64,000 bases of DNA from Lama guanicoe. Its lineage: Eukaryota. This document shows, piece by piece, positions 25,770-37,460 of the stretch. Each line of letters begins with the position of its first letter. Positions within the stretch are counted from its first letter, which is position 1. The notes under the pieces are model-generated. The model was not told the origin of the DNA and did not search any database. It saw only the letters and a list, made by a program, of their open reading frames with translations. The position numbers were made by a program, and so were the translations under genes. The DNA lies in the NCBI GenBank assembly GCA_013239625.1, contig MU053431.1, positions 310,001 through 374,000 on the forward strand, in the 5' to 3' direction.

Positions 25770-26590
25770 ATGGTGGGCGGTGGTGACACGGGTGCTCTCC
25801 CCACCGTTGACAGGAGTGTAAACTAGCTCAACCTTCCTGAAGAGTAATTTGGCTAAATGCATCACAGTTTAAAATGTTCACAGCCCTTTGACCAAGGAAT
25901 TCTGCTTTTGGTATCTAAGTTACAGAAATAATGTTTAAGCAGACAAAGATAAGTACACAAATGATTTTTTTCATTATTAATTGCATAAAGTGAATATACC
26001 ATAAATGTCCATCAATAAGGTACAGCTAAATAAATTATATTTGGGAGTCTGAGATTTGCAAATGTGTCTGACCACGATATAAAAATGGATAAAAAGCACA
26101 TTTCTTCTGTAGAGCACAGGGAACTATATTCAATCTTGTAATAACCTTTAATGAAAAAGAATGTGAAAATGAATATGTATATACATTACACACATGACTG
26201 GGGCATTGTGCTGTACTCCAGACACTGACACATTGTAACGGACTATACTGCAATTTAAAAAAGTAAGTTATGGTTTACCCATAGAACAAAAATATAGCTA
26301 TATATGGATATACAAAGAAGAATCTTTATGAATTGACATGTAAAGTTTTCTGAGTTACAAGGTTAAGTGATACTAGCGAGCTGCGATCCAACGTGTAGAC
26401 TATGCTTGCATATTTTTAAAAGAATGGACTAGACTGCATAAAAACTGGAAAGTAAATGATCAAATATAAAGAACGACTGCTTCTTGGGGAATGGGTTGAA
26501 TGTGTGTGGTTTTGATTTTTATTATTTCACATATTTTAAATGCTGGCATTATGTGTGGTTTTCATTTATAAGAAATTTAAAGGAAATGCA
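25770..26590 (+). mobile_element. L1ME-type fragment interrupted by a younger L1 tail
   Basis: GGAGTGTAAACT..CCCTTTGACCAAGGAATTCTGCTT..AAATGTCCATCAATAAGG; resumes TGGTTTACCCATAGAA after the insertion. Confidence 0.7.
26039..26260 (+). mobile_element. Short camelid-type L1 3' tail with target-site duplication
   Basis: TTGGGAGTCTGAGATTTGCA..AGCACAGGGAACTATATTCAAT..GACTATACTGCAATTTAAAA; flanked by AAATAAATTAT (26028-26038) and AAGTAAGTTAT (26261-26271). Confidence 0.85.
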
Positions 26591-28000
26591 TAACATTTAT
26601 TTAAAAATAGCTTTAAGCATATGAGAATGCTCTTGGTAGGTAACCAACCAAATCAATAAAAGGGTAGGCAGACCCACCCGATTCATCCCCCGCCTGGTCC
26701 GTTTGGGCTGTGTTCCCAGCGCTGAGCCTTAATTGGCTACCAGCTGGAGCTGATCAGCAAATGTACCAGTATACATGGAAGCCTCATGAAAAGGGGTGGG
26801 TGGAGCATCTAATTTATGTGAAGGAGCTTTTAAACTTCGACATTCTCGGGACCTTCCAGTAATATAACTTGTAGCTCTGAGAGTGAGCCCACTCAGTTCT
26901 TTCCAAAAATATAGATGAACTCGCGAAATTACATCTTTGTCCTCAAAATGATTTCCTTAGCTATTAGCTCAATCCCTGCCGAAACGTTGTTATACTAGAA
27001 CGGTGAGGTCCTGCCTCCATGGAGACGGGAACAATGACTCCAGCTCCTCGTGAACAGGAGCTGAGGTGGTGCTCTCTTGTCTTTGTTCACATCCACCCAA
27101 TTTGAGGTCTCTGAATGAGGTGTCCACCTCAATCTTACCATGTTGATTTTTAAGAAAGAGTCACAGTTAAAACATCATATTAGTCAGTAAAACTGCAATT
27201 ACAAGAAAAATGATGCAATCATAAAATAAGAAAGTAAGCCCTATTTTTTAAAAAAAAATTAATCTCCTGCTTTAAATAAAATCAAACCTTGCATTGACCT
27301 GAGAACTTGGTTAATGAGGCATTTGCCAAGTTGTTTAGTTTTTATGGCTTGCCAAGTGTGTAATTACTTCGCTTGGCACTTTTAGAAAATTTTATTATAA
27401 ACCCTTCTTCCAAAGAAAATTATGCAACATAATTATTAACTCTAAAATTACACACACATTTATCTGCTAGGATTCGCTTTTATGCTTCAGCTGTCACTTC
27501 AGCATCTCCCGCTTGAATCACGCACCTGTTCACAATGATGTTTTCAATGCGCTTCTACTAATTTCCCATTATATGGTAGAAAGCCAAACACTGGGAAAGA
27601 GAAAGTAACAAAAACTGAGCTTTAATAGAAAATCGCTTCCTGTGACACCCGAGACCCTGACAGCCTTCACACAGAACAAGGGCCGTTGAGTCCTCGTCCC
27701 TCGTGACCATGTCATTCACGGCCCCTGTTGTACATTTTCACCCGTTTTGAATATTTCAACTGGAAACAACAGCACTTCTGACTGAGCCGCACAAAGGCAG
27801 GCTGGATCATGTCAGGGCTGGATTCTGTTCTTGCTTTCTCTTAGATGTTGCCTCTGAAAAGAAAGAAAAGAATGCCTTTTTTTTAATGGATAGAAGAGAA
27901 AATATCTAAGGACAGAGATTCATGAAAATCAGAACTTTATTTCAAGATGATCTTCACCCAAACTTCGTCTCTGAATTTCCTTCATGTGAGGCATCTGCTG

Positions 28001-28023
28001 TCCGCTCCGCTCCGCTCCGTTCC
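28001..28023. repeat. (TCCGC)n short tandem repeat
   Basis: TCCGCTCCGCTCCGCTCCGTTCC read directly. Confidence 0.7.
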
Positions 28024-28160
28024 CCGAGGAGTCCCAAGGGCCCAGCCTGAGCCCCTGCCTGAGCTCGATTCCCTCCAGATGCTCAGGGATTATTTGTCAA
28101 TGGGCTGAATGACTGCATTCTCCTGTTGCTCCAGTTCATCAGTGATCAGAGCAGAGAGAC

Positions 28161-28499
28161 AGTTATGGGCTGAACTGTGTCCCCCCCCATGACATGTTGA
28201 TGTCCTGCCCCCTGGGCCTCAGAATGCAACTGTATCTGAAGGCTAAATGAAGTCATGTGGACGGGTCCTGATCCAACGTGATCGATGTCTTTATAGGACC
28301 CAGACATGCACAGAGGGCCGACGAGGGGAGAAGATGGCCATCCACAAGACCAGGGGAGAGGCCTCAGAAGGAGCCAACCCTGCCGACACCTTGACCTGCA
28401 CTTCCAAACTCCAGAACGGTGAGAGAACAAATTTCTTTTGTTTAAGCCCCCAGGCGCCCAGTCTGGTCCTTTGTTACGCAGCCGTAGCCAGCTGAGACT
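28161..28499 (+). mobile_element. MaLR solo LTR, MLT1B-like
   Basis: GTTATGGGCTGAACTGTGTCCCCCC..GGAGAAGATGGCCATC..GAGAGGCCTCAGAAGGAGCCAACCCTGCCGACACCTTGA..TTTAAGCC. Confidence 0.9.
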
Positions 28500-31400
28500 T
28501 TGCTCTGCGTGGCGGGGGCTCTGTGAGTAGCTATGGAGTGAGATGCACTAGTTCCATGGAGGCTCCATTGTGAGTTACAAGGCAGAAGAGAAGTGGATTC
28601 TACATGTGGCAGTGTGGTGGGATTGGCCCATAGGGAAGTGCCACCTCCCAGAAGTGGGTCCCTGTGGGTGACCACGTCCAGGGAGACTGGAAAGTGCAGA
28701 GTCAACATACCTGGGTGGTCGTGGCTTCCTTCGTAAGAGAACGTGCCAGCATTTGCCTGGGCAGTGGTGGACAGCTTTACTCTCATTTTCATCCACATCC
28801 ATTATACAAACTTCCCAAATTGTCGGGTTAAAGAGCCACTGGAAATTGCTGGATATGTCATAATTACAGTGCAAGGGGAAATTTCAAAAATGCACTCATC
28901 CACGCACACGGGCACGGGCCTCCCAGGGCCTGAGGGCAGCTGTCGTCTTCTTCCTGTAACGCATCTCGCCCCAGGTGTCGCGTTAGTCGCCCTCGGCCCG
29001 TGGAAATGCGGCAGTGGGTCAGACTGCAGCTGACTCTCCTGGGTGCTCCCTGTCAGATGAAGGTCTGAGGCTGAACGCATTGCTGCTTGGAGAGAGACAG
29101 TTTTTATTGAGTCTTTATTTGTAGAACAATCATTCAAATGACTTAAAAACAAAACAAAACAAAACTTTGTTTAGAATTCTTGAGGCACAGGGCTGAGTTA
29201 CTTCCACTTTTACTGACCCGACACTTCCTAAATTGAATTGCCTCTTTGCCTTCTGGTTTAGCGTTAGAGAGTCATGTTTATTTCTCTGGGAAAAAAGGAC
29301 ACAAATAAAAAAGCTCTGGAAAACAATCTTTTTCTCCCTGTGACCCCTGAGAGCCTATCTGTGTAGCCCCACCATGACCACACCCCCTGGTGTTCTTTCC
29401 CAGATACTCTTGCTTCTTGCTGGTTGCCTCCTTAGATAATCCAAGAGACACCCCGTGCAAATCTGCATGTTGCATTCTTAGAAAACATTTTTAGTCCCAT
29501 TTTAAGGAAGGAGTGAGACATATTTTCACTTTTACACCTTCTGTTCCCCAGTGAAAACATTGACTTGAAAGCCAGGCTTGCAGACAGCTTCCCACTTAAA
29601 CAATAAAAATGCACTGAAATCTCTCCAGTGATACCAGAAGCTGTGTGTAAGATGTAGGATTCAGGTGTTTGTAAGCATCTAGAATATATGGAAATTCACC
29701 AAGTGAAACCAACGAAGCACATCACTTTTTGCTTCCAAACGACACATTAAGAAAGAAGAGCAGCGCTTCCTGTGGGAACGTTCGCTTGGCCCGAAGGAGA
29801 TGCCTAATTAAGCAACAAAGGAAAGGATGGTTCTGCCTGTAACCCACTCAGTCATGGAGGCAGGTGGATACAAGGAAAGACTACAACCTTCTCAGTTTTA
29901 TTCCCTGGGGGCCCCACCTTTCCCCAGGGAGAAGCCACCCTCCAAAATACAGGCACAGTTTAACGTCACAGCGTTAGTTCATGTGAACAGTGGAGCCTTC
30001 AGATAGGGACTCTCAGAGCCTTGTCACCACCGGTCTCACAGTGACGACAACTATAAGCCTGGAATGTGCATTTCCCTTGGCCAAGTGTATTATTTTTCCT
30101 CAGTGATTAACTGGAGGAAAAAGGGAAAGTCAGGCCTATGGTGATTCCCAAATTAAAATCAAGTGATGTGACCCTATACCCGGCCAGCCTCATTTTAATT
30201 TCCACTTAGTAAAAGGACATTTTCTTAGAATTGTATCTTACTGTTCTTTTTTTATTACATCTCGAAAGCTTGCCATATGGGGAGGAAAAATCATGCTGCT
30301 TATCAGGTAGACTTGCTCTAACACAGTCCCAGCCCTGGAAACATCTTGCATTAACGCTTCATAAAGCTCATCGTGTTCACTGTCTGACTCAAATCACGAA
30401 CAAAAAGATGTGCGGCTTCCCTTAGTCCGTGTGTCTTTGGAAATGTACCTTAAAGCTCACTGTCTGCAGCAAACAATGCAGACATTATACAATGTGCTCA
30501 TAATTCTGGGAAAGCGTCTTTGTTTCATCAGCGCAACATCCTTCCGAGTGTATCTGAGCACTGAGTCGCATCGAGATCACATGATTTTTCAGGCAAGACA
30601 GCAAAACTTGCTTTTGATGAGAACTCTTCCTTTAGAAGGCACAATTTCGGGCATCAAAAATGTGGTGATAAATTGATGTTCAGCCGTCACCCCAGTGCTG
30701 TTCCACATCATCACAGAGGAGTGTGAGAATTACAAGAAGATCTCACCCAGATGGAGTCAGAGCCTGGGGCTGAGAGTGGTACTCTGACCCAGAGGTGGGG
30801 AGAAAGTGTACTGGAGCGGCGGGGGCGGGGGCGTGCGGTGCTGGGCAGAGCTGGCACGAGAGGGACCCTCACTGCGGCGTGCCGGAGGAGACTCTCCACA
30901 GCACCATCCCTGGGCCCGCTGACCGAGGCCACGTGGGGCACTCAGCCACCAGCGTGCTTCCTTCCTGTCCCTTTAGCTCTTTGCACCGCATCACCTCATG
31001 GCACCGTCAGGAGCACCGAGGCAGGGCCTTCACAGGCGGCAGGGCAGCCGTGCACTCACACGAGACCAGAAAGTGTGAGCGGAACGCAGCTTTTAAAGTC
31101 CGCGTGGAAGCGACCCAGCCCGGCTCTTGGGCATCCGTCCCCTTCACTCCCCCGTTTCACTCGCCGCCTGTCGACTTAGGTCAGCCCCTTGCGCGGGGGA
31201 CCCGGCTTCTCAGAGTTCAGCCTCTTCCGTCTCCCTCTCTCCCAGATGGCGCCAGGGTGGGCGGGGCCGTGGCTGTGGGCACAGGAGGCTCCTGAGTGGC
31301 ATGTGGACCCGGGCCACCCCTGGGGTCTCAGTTGGCCTCTGTGTGGAGCTTGGCCAGACCACTGTCCAGTTCCTGCTGACCTCTGGGGCTGCCGAAGGCA

Positions 31401-32391
31401 CAGCCAAGGAACCCCTGGGCCATCTTTTCTTGACTCTCTTGGGCCCGGAAGTCTTCCCTTGATCCATCTCAGGTCTCGCTGGCCCTTTTGGGTCTGGCTG
31501 TGGCCCACCCTTGGCCGAGTGGTTCACCCTGCAGCCCTTGGTCATGTCTTCACTTCTGAACGCCTCCTGGGGCCCATGGAGACCCCGAGAGGACTCTCCC
31601 CCACCGCCCCGCCTCACCCTGTCACTCTGATGACCTGCCCTGGATGCGGTCATCTCTGCCGGAGCAAGGGGAACCTGCAAAGTGCTGGTCTCCTCATACA
31701 GGGCAACCTGGTTTGGTTAAAAAGGTCTTGGGCTCGGCTTCCTAGTTGCCTGTATTGGAATCTAGGCCACTTAAAACCTGTGAGAACTTGGTCCTGTTAT
31801 TTACATTTCTGGTACTTCCGTTTCCTCAAGTAGTAACCTCTACCTCTTGTGGTAACACCCTTGCACCATCGAGAACAGTGAGCACCGTGTAGGCAAGCCT
31901 CAAATCACTGCATTGTTGTTAATGCGACCTGGAGTCCGCGGTGGTAGCTGAGGTAGAGGGGACAGTCAGCGCTTCACTGCTGAGCCAACGTGGTGCCACA
32001 GACACTGCGGAAGTGTGCCGCTTCTACTAGCCAGCCCACGACGACTTGCTGTGTGCCAGGTATGGCGACTGGAGGATTAGAACGCCTTGAGCCTGGCTCT
32101 GACTGAGCCCAGCTTTACTGCTGGGACAAACTAGATCACAGAAAGGACATTACCAGCCCTGGGTAAAGAAATCAACCTTAATTTTAATTTGTAGTTTGAC
32201 TTCCTGTCTTCAGATTAGGGTGGGACGAGTTCCTTGCGCATGTGTGTACTCAGAAAGGGGCATTCCAGGTGGCCTCCCGCGCTTCTTACACGGTGTGCTG
32301 AGTCTAGCTGGGACTTAACCCATAGCTGTATTTCCAGGGAACTAATACAGTTTGACCTGCCATCTTAAAAGGACAGTAGGATGCTGGCATC

Positions 32392-32885
32392 TGTATTGGT
32401 TCTGTCTTGCTGTGCAGCACGTGGCCCCCAAACTTAGAAGGTTAAAATGACAAACATTTATGATCTCCCATGGTGTGTGAAAGTCTGGGATCCAAGAGCA
32501 GTTGCGCTGGTGGATTCTGGCCGAGGGTCTCTGGAGAGGTCGTGTTCCAGCCTCGGTGGGGCTGCATCATCCATCCAAAGCCTTGACTTGCACTGGAGGA
32601 TCCTCCTCCAAGACAGTGTCCTCACTGGGTGTGGGCAGGGGGGCTTGGCTCCTCACCACTGTGGGCTCCACAGAGCTGCCTGGGAGCCTCACGGGTGGGA
32701 GCTGCGCCCCCTAGAGACTGACCTGAGAAGGACGCAGTGGGCAAGAAGCAACCGTTCATCATCTGCTTCATTTTGTTCCTTGGAAGTGTGTCAGTAAGTC
32801 CAGCCATTCTCAAAGGGAGGAGAGCCAGGCTCCATCTTGTCGAGAGAGGACTGTCCAAAAATTTGTCTGTTTTAAAACCAGCACC
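32392..32885 (-). mobile_element. MaLR solo LTR, MLT1G/H-like
   Basis: TGTATT..CCCCAAACTTAG..AAACATTTAT.ATCTC..CTGGAGGATCC..TCCAAGA..TAAGTCCAGCC..TTTTAAAACCAGCAC. Confidence 0.85.
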
Positions 32886-35451
32886 TCATCCATTCATATT
32901 CCTTTAAACCCCAAGGGAGCTCGGTGGCTTGCCTGAGGCTTCGGTTGTGCTGCAGGCAGTCCACATTGCACATGCGCAGTACTGCCTGTAGCCCCTGCGG
33001 ACGTGGCACTCACCTGGACAGCTGCTGGGACAGAGGCACCTGGCTTTCCCCCATCCAGCCAAGGACCAAAGCATTCACATTTCTAGGTTGTAAGTGCTAG
33101 GGGATGGTTTTGCTCCAAACGTATACTCTGCACCTAAAACAGCTTTTAGCAGAGTAATTGTTCAATAAATAATAGTCTGTTGAGTCCGTCAGTCAATGAC
33201 CACGGCTGTGAGTGCTTACTGACATGCAAAGGACTGCATACCAGCCTCAAAGAAGGAAGAGCACTGAAGGGGAAGGACCGCTTAAGCATCAGTGGGAAGT
33301 AAAAACGTTGAGAACAGAGTGTGCACGTGCGTGTGCGCGTGTGTATGCAGGCATCCACACAGCTTACGGATAAGGAAACGGAGTAGGGGGAGGTCTATGC
33401 AGGCCTTGTCAGCTTCAATTACATTTCCCTGAACTTGTAGCTAAAAGATGATAAAATCCAGCATCTCTGTGAGCACTCAGCATTGTTAATTCACGGGCAG
33501 GAGGCACTTTGGGTGAATTCTAAATGAGAAGCTAGATTTTCAGGAGCCCAGCAGGAAAATCATCACTTGCTCTAGTTGAGAATAGTTATCAGTGATTAGT
33601 GTTCCTGTGTTTGATGTAGCTTTCTGCAGCATGGGGTGAAGTGGCCGGCTCTCAAGACAAGGCTCTCAACACAGTGAGACAAGCCACGAGCAGGAGTGAG
33701 CGGGGCCGGTGTCCAGGGCAGATCCAGGATGCTTCTTCAGCCGGGAGAGAAGAGGAGCTTGCTGCTGGCCAAGGCTCCGCCTGGAGGGCAGAACACTTCC
33801 ACCAGCAAGTTGAACAGTCACGGGAAGAAGATCATGGACGAAGCACACATTATATACAGGCTCAGCCTCACGTCTGTGCACAGATGGACATTTAGATCAT
33901 TTTTCCAACCCGAGATTCGCTGCACAGAGCCAAGATATGCATTAAAAAGTGAGAAGTTTAGCTCATTACTGTGAAAATGGGTGTCTGTGATCTGGAACTG
34001 TGTATAATTGGCGTTTTGTTGAAGAATTGATGGTGGACTGGAGTTTTCAGTCCAGTTCCACGGGGCGTCTTGTGAGCCTGCCTTACGCCGGGGGTGTGTG
34101 GCCCTGGACACGCAACAAGGAAATAACACACTGTGGTTGCTGCCGTGATTTCACCTAAAAATTAAGCAACGAGAGTCACTCCCGACACATGCACCCCTCA
34201 CGTATTTTTGGGGTGTACATGGATGGTCCTGTGGCTCTGTGTACAGACTCCCAGCCTCTCAGAACTGATAGCAATCTCTCTGGAGGATCAGGGACTTTAG
34301 ACAGAAGATTGACTCTTTCCTCTGAGCATGAAGGTGGTGAATGATTCACAGAGAAGACAGGCCGGGGTCCTCGGGGATGGATTATTAAAGAGGAGTGTAG
34401 GCACTGGTGACTCAGTGGCAGCTGGTATATGAGTTGTAACTAAGCTTCGCTCAGAGCTGGCTGGAGGCCTTCGGATCATTTATCAGAACACAAACCCACG
34501 TGGCTTCTTAAAATGTTTCATAATCATCCACAAATGGTTTTTAAAAAATTATTCAGTTTCATAAGTACAATCATCTTGGTTGCCTCTAAAAATACACCTA
34601 CCACCGCAATTTATTTGGACAATTGACAGTTCCTCTCAAGTTTGTTCAGTTTTAATATTTACTGTGGTATGTAACCAGGTTATAAATAATTATGTTCCCT
34701 GGAATTTATTTGCCTCAGTAAAATATAAAATTTAGTTTAAATATCTCGAATCTGATTGCTTTCAGAATATAAATATTCTCTCTGCTCTGAAATCTGTATG
34801 AATCATCAGGTACCGGTGGAAAATATTACACAGTCATAATGCAGCCTCCAAAGGTGACTGATGACTGCTTATCACAGCTTCCACTGAGCAGTATTAGGCA
34901 TCAAATGATTCATCAGTCATATTTCAGGAATCTGTTTGACTAACAGGGGTAGCAGCATTTAAACCTTACAGCAAAGACTTCACATCAAAGCTACCCCACA
35001 CGCTTATCCTACCTTAAGACAAATTTGGAAACCAAATGTGGAACCGAATGTGGGCGCTCGCATAATTATCTGAGCACACTTTCGCATTCACATCCCTTCC
35101 AGAAAAACCACTCCTCTCTCCGCTGTGTGCACTTGATGAAGTCCGCGGTCTTGCCGGCCTGCAGTGTTTGACGTTGCTCAAATGAAAGCAAGTAGCAAAA
35201 ATGCTAAATGACATTTCCACTTTCTTATTTAAAAGATTTAATGTTCCATACTGAGCATGGCATTCCTCCACTCTCTTATAAATATCTTGCAAATTTTGAG
35301 AGTGTCAAACTTAAAATGCCAATTAACTAAATTAACAACCCAAATAGTATCCTTAGAGTTCTGGGTGCTTAATTTTTATTTTTGATAGTCATTGAATTGG
35401 AATTTCCTAAAATTAAGCATTGTTGAGAAATCTGTATCTAAATAACTTCTT

Positions 35452-35617
35452 TTTTATTACAGTACAGTCAGTTTACAACATTGTGTCAGTTTCTGGTACA
35501 CAGCATCATGTTTCAGTCATACACGTACATACATATATTTGTTTTCACATTTTTTTCATTATAGGTTACTACGAGATATTGAATCTAGTTCCCTTTATTA
35601 TACAGAAGAAACTTGTT
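35452..35617 (-). mobile_element. Short camelid-type L1 3' tail with perfect 13-bp TSD
   Basis: Antisense tail (CAGTCAGTTTACAACATTGTGTCAGTTTCTGGTACACAGCA..ATAGGTTACTAC); TAAATAACTTCTT at 35439-35451 and 35618-35630; the minus-strand target TT|AAGA fits L1 endonuclease preference. Confidence 0.9.
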
Positions 35618-35960
35618 TAAATAACTTCTTAAGTGTGGCCCAAACCCAGTTGCCCTAAAAGTATCAGAAACAATTAGTGATTAAGAACTCATCCCTCCAT
35701 GTAAGTTGTGAAAACGTTTTGGAAGCTGCCTTTCTCCTCCCCCCCATTTCTTTGGTCACTCGATGCTCCCCTCATAACCACAGGGCTTGCTTCCTCGGCT
35801 TCTCCAAGTCCTTGCACCAATTTTCACCTTGTGCCCTCCGGACACCATGCTGTCTAAAATGGTGACGCCCCTCCCCAGCCCATCCCCACAGCTCCGGACG
35901 CCCCTTGCCCTGGTTTTTGGTTTTCAGTCCCTGTCACCCCGGGCGTGTTGTACAGTGTGA

Positions 35961-36086
35961 TCCCTTGGGATCCCGGCCGGTGGGTCCCGGCGTCTGGTGA
36001 TGCGGAGTAAAGCCACGGCAGAGCTGGAGGTGCCTGGTGGGATTTCACTGCCCGCACCTCGTGATTGCTTCTGAGAGTTTCCTGGT
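35961..36086 (+). repeat. 126-bp direct repeat, copy 1
   Basis: Matches 37102-37227 with 4 substitutions by manual alignment. Confidence 0.97.
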
Positions 36087-37101
36087 ATCACAGGCGGGCT
36101 GTCCTCTCCCACCAGTGGGGAGGGCCGTGTGGATGTCTGTTTTGGGCACCTCTGAGGTGATGCTTCTTTCCCTCTGGGCCCCGGTGGACGCCAGCAGCCC
36201 GGGGTGACCTTGGCCTGCCAGTTCACCTGGGCACAGTGAGCAGCAGTCCTTCTTCTGGGCTGCTTGGACGCCTCACAAACATTTCTGGATCAAGAAGAGC
36301 AACACGGGAGCTTAGAATTTGGCGAGGAGTCAGCCGCTCCTATAGCTCTCCCCCCTCACAGGGCGTGCAGCCGTCTCGAAGACGCGGCGTCGGCCCTTTT
36401 GTACGCAGCACCGGGAGCTATTTAGTGGTGCTAACATACTAGATGTGAATCAAATCGATTTTATATTCTCACTTTTAAAAATGGGACTGTGGCACCATGC
36501 TTAGACCTTTCACAAAAGGGGACGTTTTTTCCCTCTTGTTATGGAGGCAGATCTGGCTCTAGAACTAACCATTTTCAGATCGTTCTCACGGCGCTGAAAC
36601 AGCCGTTTCCTTTCCATGCCTGTGTGCATCTGAGAAACACGTCTCCCTCCCGTTGCTTCCCTCCTGCACCTTGACCTGTAGTCTAACCTCTTAAAATGCG
36701 TGAATCAACATCAGGGTACACGCTTAACAGTTTCAAGATAAACTCTGCATAAAATGGCTACCTTTGGAAATATTTTAAACATGTTCTCATAAAATATTCC
36801 ATTGTGAGGGATTTCTCCATTTTTAGATAAATTGGTCTATTTGAGGAACCTAAAATTACGATTTTGCTTCCCCACCAAACTCTCTTTAATCCTGGTGCAA
36901 CCAGGCTGACCTGTAAAGATGGTACCCTAAATCCACCTTAAACTGCTTCCATTTCTGTTTAGTTCGGATTCCTTTTCCTGCAACGCAGCGTTTGCAGTCT
37001 CTCGGGGGAAAACGTCAGGTGGGTTCAAAAATGCTGAGGCAGCCCAGGGTGACCTGCCTGTGCACCCCGCCCAGCTCACCTTCCCAGCGCCGGCTCAGGG
37101 G

Positions 37102-37227
37102 TCCCTTGGGATCCCGGCCGGTGGGTCCCGGCGTCTGGTGATGCGGAGTAAAGCCACGGCGGAGCTGGAGGTGCCTGGTGGGATTTCGCTGCCCGCACCT
37201 CGTGGTTGCTCCTGAGAGTTTCCTGGT
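37102..37227 (+). repeat. 126-bp direct repeat, copy 2
   Basis: Matches 35961-36086 with 4 substitutions by manual alignment. Confidence 0.97.
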
Positions 37228-37289
37228 CTTGGCTTGACTTTGGCCACTCTTTCTGTGTTGTCGTCTCTGAGACATTAGTGGGCGTCATT

Positions 37290-37460
37290 CAACAAGTCAG
37301 TGTGCCCATTACCTGTGCCAGGCGTGTCCCTACGCACTTTACCAGATGACCTCATTGAAGACACACGGACACCCCCTGGGGTGGGCGTGCTGTGATGCGC
37401 ACTCTGCAGAGGAGTGGATGGAGGTGAAGGCGGGCTTGACACCTGATAGCAACAGAACTA
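37290..37460 (-). mobile_element. Degraded MIR
   Basis: TACCTGTGCCAGGC..CACTTTAC..ACCTCATTGAA..CACTCTGCAGAGGAG. Confidence 0.5.
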
